Assembly: GCA_964036045.1 (NCBI GenBank)
Contig: OZ038378.1
Location: forward strand, 170,562,001-170,626,000
Source of the DNA: Eutreptiella sp. 'Long Island Sound 2002'
Lineage: Eukaryota > Protista > Euglenida
DNA length: 64,000 nt
Direction: 5' to 3'
Position 1 is the first letter of the stretch, and each line of letters begins with the position of its first letter. Shown one piece after another: positions 59,068 to 64,000 of the stretch. A program made the position numbers and the translations under genes. Below the pieces are notes generated by a model that ran no database searches, was not told the DNA's origin, and saw only the letters and a program-made list of their open reading frames with translations.

Positions 59068-60095
59068 GTGCGTGTGTGGGGGCAGGTTTGGGACTGCGCA
59101 GTGTAGGGTGAGGTACAGCGGCGCAAATGCCATGCACACCGCAAGGGGGTGAACCCCTTCTCCTCCGTCGTTCGTCCCAACACATTGAGAGGCTGAGAGA
59201 TAGACGGCACATGAGCAATGTCTTTTCCTCTCATTTTACCGGTTTGCAGCTTTTACCGCATTCAGCGTCGCTATAAATGTCAGTTTCCGCCCGCTGGGTT
59301 CGGCCTGCATGGGCGGTTCAAGAGTTTGCCGTTGTGGTCACTGTTTGTTTGAACCGGTCCCAACGTTTGCAGGTGTTGGCCCTGGCTAGTCTAGCCGATA
59401 AACGGGGATGGTCCTCAGTGTGCCCTGATCTTGCAGTTGCAACGCACACGTTCGTCGCAATCACAATCACAGAAAGGCGCCCAGCCTTTGGATGCAGCCA
59501 TTGTCTGCACTGTTCTGACGAGAACTGTTTGACACTCGACTGTGTCTTTACTATTGTGTGCTTGTGTATGTGCATGCCCGCACGTGCACACGTGCTTGTG
59601 TGTGTCTGATGATTAGTTGCAGCCTGCAGATGCATCACACCCAACGCTGCTACTCCCGTTCCGGAAAAACCGGTGTTGTTTGGGCCCTTTGTGTCAGCCC
59701 CATGGCGGCTGAAGGCCTACGTCTCTAAAGGGGAATCAGTTCGGAAGTGGTGTTTGCCGGAACGGTTTTGGCGGTTGGTGGTTTTGTTGTTCTGCAGAAT
59801 GGGGAAGGGCACCCTGGCGAGGGTCCCCATATGGGACAGGTTTTTCTTTCTTTTTTTGGTGTGTTGAACATACCACAACTTACGTCTTGTGAAATAAGTG
59901 GGACCCAAAGCCTTACATGCACGAACCAGTTCACGGCTGGGTCGCAGGGACAGAGCACTTCACACAGAGGACTTCCCGCTGCCAAGTACTCAAAAGGGTC
60001 TTGGTGATGATCACGGGGCCGCTGTCGGCCAGGATCCGACCCCAAGGGGGGGGGGGGGGGGGGGCTCTACGGACCCCAAAAATGGTTTTGTGGGT

Positions 60096-60370
60096 CAATG
60101 GATTTTGTGGGCACCGGAGATTTTGTTTTAGGCATACGGCAGGGGGTGAATTTTTGTTTTCACCGCATGTGTCGCAACTCAAAATGTACAGAATTCTGTG
60201 GAGAATTCAAAAATGGGTGAAAAACACAAAAATTTTTGTGACCCCCGTGCCGACCTCCAGGCTTGGCTGATGGGAGCCTGAGCTGATGGGCAAATGTTTA
60301 AAAAAAAATTACCCCACTTGTGTATGTTCAAAATGCTCAGCCCGTCATGGGGATCATTTTGAGGTACGTA
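60096..60370 (-). mobile_element. Inverted copy of the 25349-25631 element
   Basis: Reverse-complement alignment by eye. Confidence 0.8.
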
Positions 60371-60394
60371 TGTGGGGTACCCACCGCCCCCCCC

Positions 60395-60839
60395 CCCCCG
60401 GGAAACCCCGGCGGCTGACCCCCTGGGTTTGGATCAACGAAGGTGGGGGGGGTCCGCCCCACCCCCCCCACGACCAGGTGACCCGGAAACACAGGTGTGT
60501 GGCCGAGAGGGGCCAGCGCAAGCGAGCATGCCAGTGCGACGGTGGGAGCCAAAGTGGGACACAACAAACGCTACGCCCCAAACTCAGTCCGAAGGCGACA
60601 ATGCCCTGAACCCTGTAGAAGCAGCCCGACTCTTACCCCATCCAGGGACGAGGGACGGGACGAACTGCAAAGCACTGTCTGCGTGACACGGACAATCATG
60701 GAACTGAGATGGCGATGAAGGTCGTGAGGCAGGCGCGGCTGGAGCTAAGTGGCGGGTCCACACCTGACCAATTGAGGCCCCCCGGGAAACCCCGGCGGCT
60801 GACCCCCTGGGTTTGGATCAACGAAGGTGGGGGGGGTCC
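60395..60839. repeat. Two identical 61-bp direct repeats 384 bp apart
   Basis: cccccgggaaaccccggcggctgaccccctgggtttggatcaacgaaggtggggggggtcc at 60395-60455 and 60779-60839. Confidence 0.9.
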
Positions 60840-61642
60840 CCCCCCTCCCTCAGGGGGGGGACCCCTCCCCCTCTACAGCCCCTGAAATGGTTGAAGCCCC
60901 TCGGGTTCACATCCCGCCAGGCAGCGGCCCCCCCTGATGATGCAGGCAATGGACAACCCGCATGAAAAGGCACGCCGCTGGGCGGTTTGCAGGGCGGCAG
61001 TCGGCGCAACCCAGACGTGTTGGGACAGTTTGTGAAAGTCCTGTCCGCCTGGGCGGGAGGGGGGGTGCCATGGAGGCTGAGTGGGTACGCCGGTTGGTAC
61101 TTCCGGTGGTGCATACTTATTCACTTTCTGAGGAGGGGGTTCTGGTCCTCTGGGGTGGGGTATCGTTCAGCAGTTTTGATACCACATGACCCCAGGCGCC
61201 GCACAGCAATGGGCCCTCCGGTTGTAGATTTCCCCGGCGTCTTCCCCGTATCTCTCTACTTGCTGCACTGTCGCTCCCCGCAGTCATCTGGTGCAACATA
61301 CGGCCTCCCCCTCTCGGCGGCGTGCCTTCGATGCCAACCCCAGGGCAAGCGTCACCCCGCGGCATCATCTTATGGCGTCGGCGGCCAGCCCCAAGCCATA
61401 CCGCCGCGACCGCCAACACGACTTCCCTCGGAATTCCAGTATGACCCCCCAGACCGCGAGCCATCCGCTTCCCGTCAAGTCCGCCTCCACGACGGTTTTC
61501 TCATTGGGGCCGCGCCGCGCCAAGGCCGATGGCTCCTTCTTCAATACCGTTGGGAGCCGGCCATAGCCCCCTGCTTCTGATTCATTCAGGGACGGTCCTT
61601 ATACGACCGCAACCCCTTCCTCCTTCGCCGGTGGGCGCGTGG

Positions 61643-61812
61643 CCGACAGCAGTTGATGCGTAACCGACAGCAGTTGGTGCGTAACCGACAGCAGTTGGTG
61701 CGTAACCGACAGCAGTTGGTGTGTAACCGACAGCAGTTGATGCGTAACCAACAGCAGTTGATGCATAACCGACAGCAGTTGATGCGTAACCGACAGCAGT
61801 TGATGCGTAACC
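61643..61812. repeat. 21-bp minisatellite, 8 units
   Basis: CCGACAGCAGTTG(A/G)TGCGTAA x8. Confidence 0.95.
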
Positions 61813-64000
61813 GGGCGTGGGCCACACTGTCCTGCAGGTCGCACTTACCTCCACGTGACCTTGTCCGACGCACTGCACTGTGGACCGCGCAGCAACCGTT
61901 TGTTTCGCTATGCACTGGACAACGTCCTACCGCCCCTGCAAAACTGTACGCGAGACCCGCCTTTTCGGGGACCCTCTGACACTCATCCCCCTTTTTGGAA
62001 GGTGGAGCCCGGAACTGGTCGCCTGGTCGTTGAGGGTTGTGTTGGCGGAGGGTCGCATGCCACATTTGGTCTCATCATCGTTGCGGACGGAGCGGCGATT
62101 GCAGCGATGGATGCACTGCCCAGGTCAGCCACGCCCTCATCCCACTCCCCACCGGATTTGCCGGCCGCATGTTGCGGCACCAGCGCTGCCGCTGGCAGTC
62201 CACCGCCAAAAAATTGGCTGCCTCCGACGCGGCACCGTCGACTTCCCGCATCTTTGGGGCAGAGAAATCGCATGTCCCGTGCGGACGGGCCACTCGCCGC
62301 CGGCCATGCCCAAGGCCGCCGGACGGGAGGACGACCCCATGCCCCCGCCGCCGGGCGGGACTACCGCTGGGCTGACGGATGGGGTCCAGGACTCGGCCAC
62401 AGCTCATCAGAGGGGCCCGAGGCTTCTGCGGCCCGTGCCCGTGCCTGCGAATGTGGCCCCCGGGGGAACTGTGCGGGTTTTGACGCGTGTCGGTGGCGAT
62501 GCAGGTCGGCCTCCAGTTGCACTTGCGTTCCGTCGGGCGCCCCCGGGCGGGTAGGGCCTCCCCGCGGCACGCGCACGGGCGGTCACGCTGTCCTGTGAAC
62601 TCGGGGCATGCCCTCAGGCCCAAGGCCAGAGTTTTGCTTAACAACTCAGCATCTCCCGGGGGGGGGGGAGGGGGACACCCCCCCCCACCGGGCCCGGATT
62701 TCATAGCGGGAAAGAATGAAAATTTACAAAAGGAAATATTGATTTGGGCTATCTTTGGTGCACAAACTTTTCGACTTTTGGGTTCCAGACCCCCCCACCA
62801 CCACCACCCCCCCCCCTCTTAAGCAAAACTCTGCCCCAGGCCTATGCTTCTTAATATGCCTTCCTTCCTTCCTTCCCTGTCTCACCCCCTTGTACCCCTT
62901 GGGTGACCGGGGAGCACATCACTCACCGGTCCGTAGTCTCAGCGTGCAGCTGCAGTGTTCTTTTCGCAAGTTGTCTGTTTGTTCTTTCAATGAGCTGCAG
63001 CAAAGGGGGGCAGTTTTTGCCCTGAATTTTCTGTGAAAGAAAAGGGCATGCCGTGTGCGTGCTATGCCCATGCTGTGCAGCACCGCTCTCCATTCGATAT
63101 ATGCCCCGTCCCCTCACTACCCCTTTCGAACCAATCGTTGGTGGGTGGGCCGCCATCCAAGTCCCCCCCCCCCCCTGTGCTAGAGGCAAAGCTTCAGGTT
63201 GAGGCACAATTGCGCTCACATGAGTTCACCGACGCCGGTCAAGCAATGGTTGATGCTCCACCCATATGCATTGGTCTCACCGGGCCGTGCTATCAGCACG
63301 CATCAGGCGTATGTGTGGTGTGTCCTACCCCTCGTGTGGGGTGTATCCCAGCCCGCATGCATGACGAGTGTATCACATTGCCTGCGGAGCGGGACGCCAG
63401 TAGCCCCCCGCCCCCCCAGCCGAGTAATCAACCTTGTCTTTCCCTCTGGGTGGCGAGGAAACCGTCCTTTTGACTTGTTTGTGGGGGACATGGGGTTCTC
63501 CGTTGTTTGTGGCATTTGGAAACGTGCCCCCAGACCCCCTCCCAAAGCTGCCACCAACCCTCGTTCCAAACCCTCAGCCAAGGCGGCAGCTGCAGCCAGA
63601 AGGCCCATCCCAGCGCCCCCCTCGAGCACGTTCAGCTCTGGAAAGTCAAGTGATCCCCCCGGGACACGTGACACGCAGCGCCTCTTCCTCAGGACACACA
63701 CCTCACGCCATACGCCGTCGTGGTCGTTTGTGCATGGCACGCCCGTGCGGTGTACGTCCTGCGCTGTGCCATGCGTCCCTCGATTGTCTCTCCGTCGGGC
63801 GAGGGACCTGTCCCTTTGGTCACGGTCCCGCGCAGGCATGAGGGAACCGTCGCGCGCAACGCGGGGGGTGCTCTGTCCCCGTCCACCCCGCACCCAATCC
63901 TGAGACAGACCTGCAGCACTGCCCCTGCCTGTACACGGGGGGCGCCTACGTGTCAGGCCGAACCCCAACCCCCCCCCCACCCCACCCCACCCCCTTAGGC

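Noticed and set aside
61123-61132. Second SL-like match ACTTTCTGAG
   Set aside because: Only 10 nt match, the GTGTCTATTTTTTTT part is absent and no ORF follows, so chance is likely.
60900-64000. Protein-coding gene(s) in the GC-richer 3' end (ORFs 60987-61580, 61855-62598, 63199-63903)
   Set aside because: There are overlapping ORFs in several frames with no consistent GC3 bias and no recognisable motif. A fourth SGNH exon could not be placed with confidence.

Overview
This is repeat-dense eukaryotic genomic DNA, most likely from a euglenid (Euglenozoa). That assignment is an inference from a near-perfect Euglena-type spliced-leader (SL) sequence, TTAGGG-type repeats, and GC3-rich exons set in roughly 50% GC intergenic DNA. 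Four genes are supportable: (1) a Pro/Ser-rich ORF at 12-1913; (2) an intronless NDUFAF3/Mth938-like gene (31340/31370-32113) directly preceded by a genomic copy of the trans-spliced leader, which suggests a retrogene; (3) a two-exon protein combining a Pex14_N-like domain, Tudor/SH3-like segments and a calpain domain whose catalytic triad appears replaced (36379-39561); (4) an SGNH/GDSL hydrolase with at least three exons (49064-59067/59152), whose 5.4-kb first intron is filled with (TG)n tracts, a 96-bp higher-order satellite and a 49-bp hairpin array. The rest is mostly mobile-element debris: poly(A) retroposons with 20-27 bp target-site duplications (TSDs); remnants of LINE RT, zf-RVT, RNase H, a Gag zinc knuckle, a DIRS-like tyrosine recombinase and a Harbinger/IS5-like transposase; a near-perfect 3 x 2439-bp tandem; and several satellites. 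The strongest leads are the SL-bearing retrogene and two spliceosomal introns that each have a homologous copy elsewhere sharing their boundaries (Introner-like). All alignments and domain calls were made by eye, without database searches.
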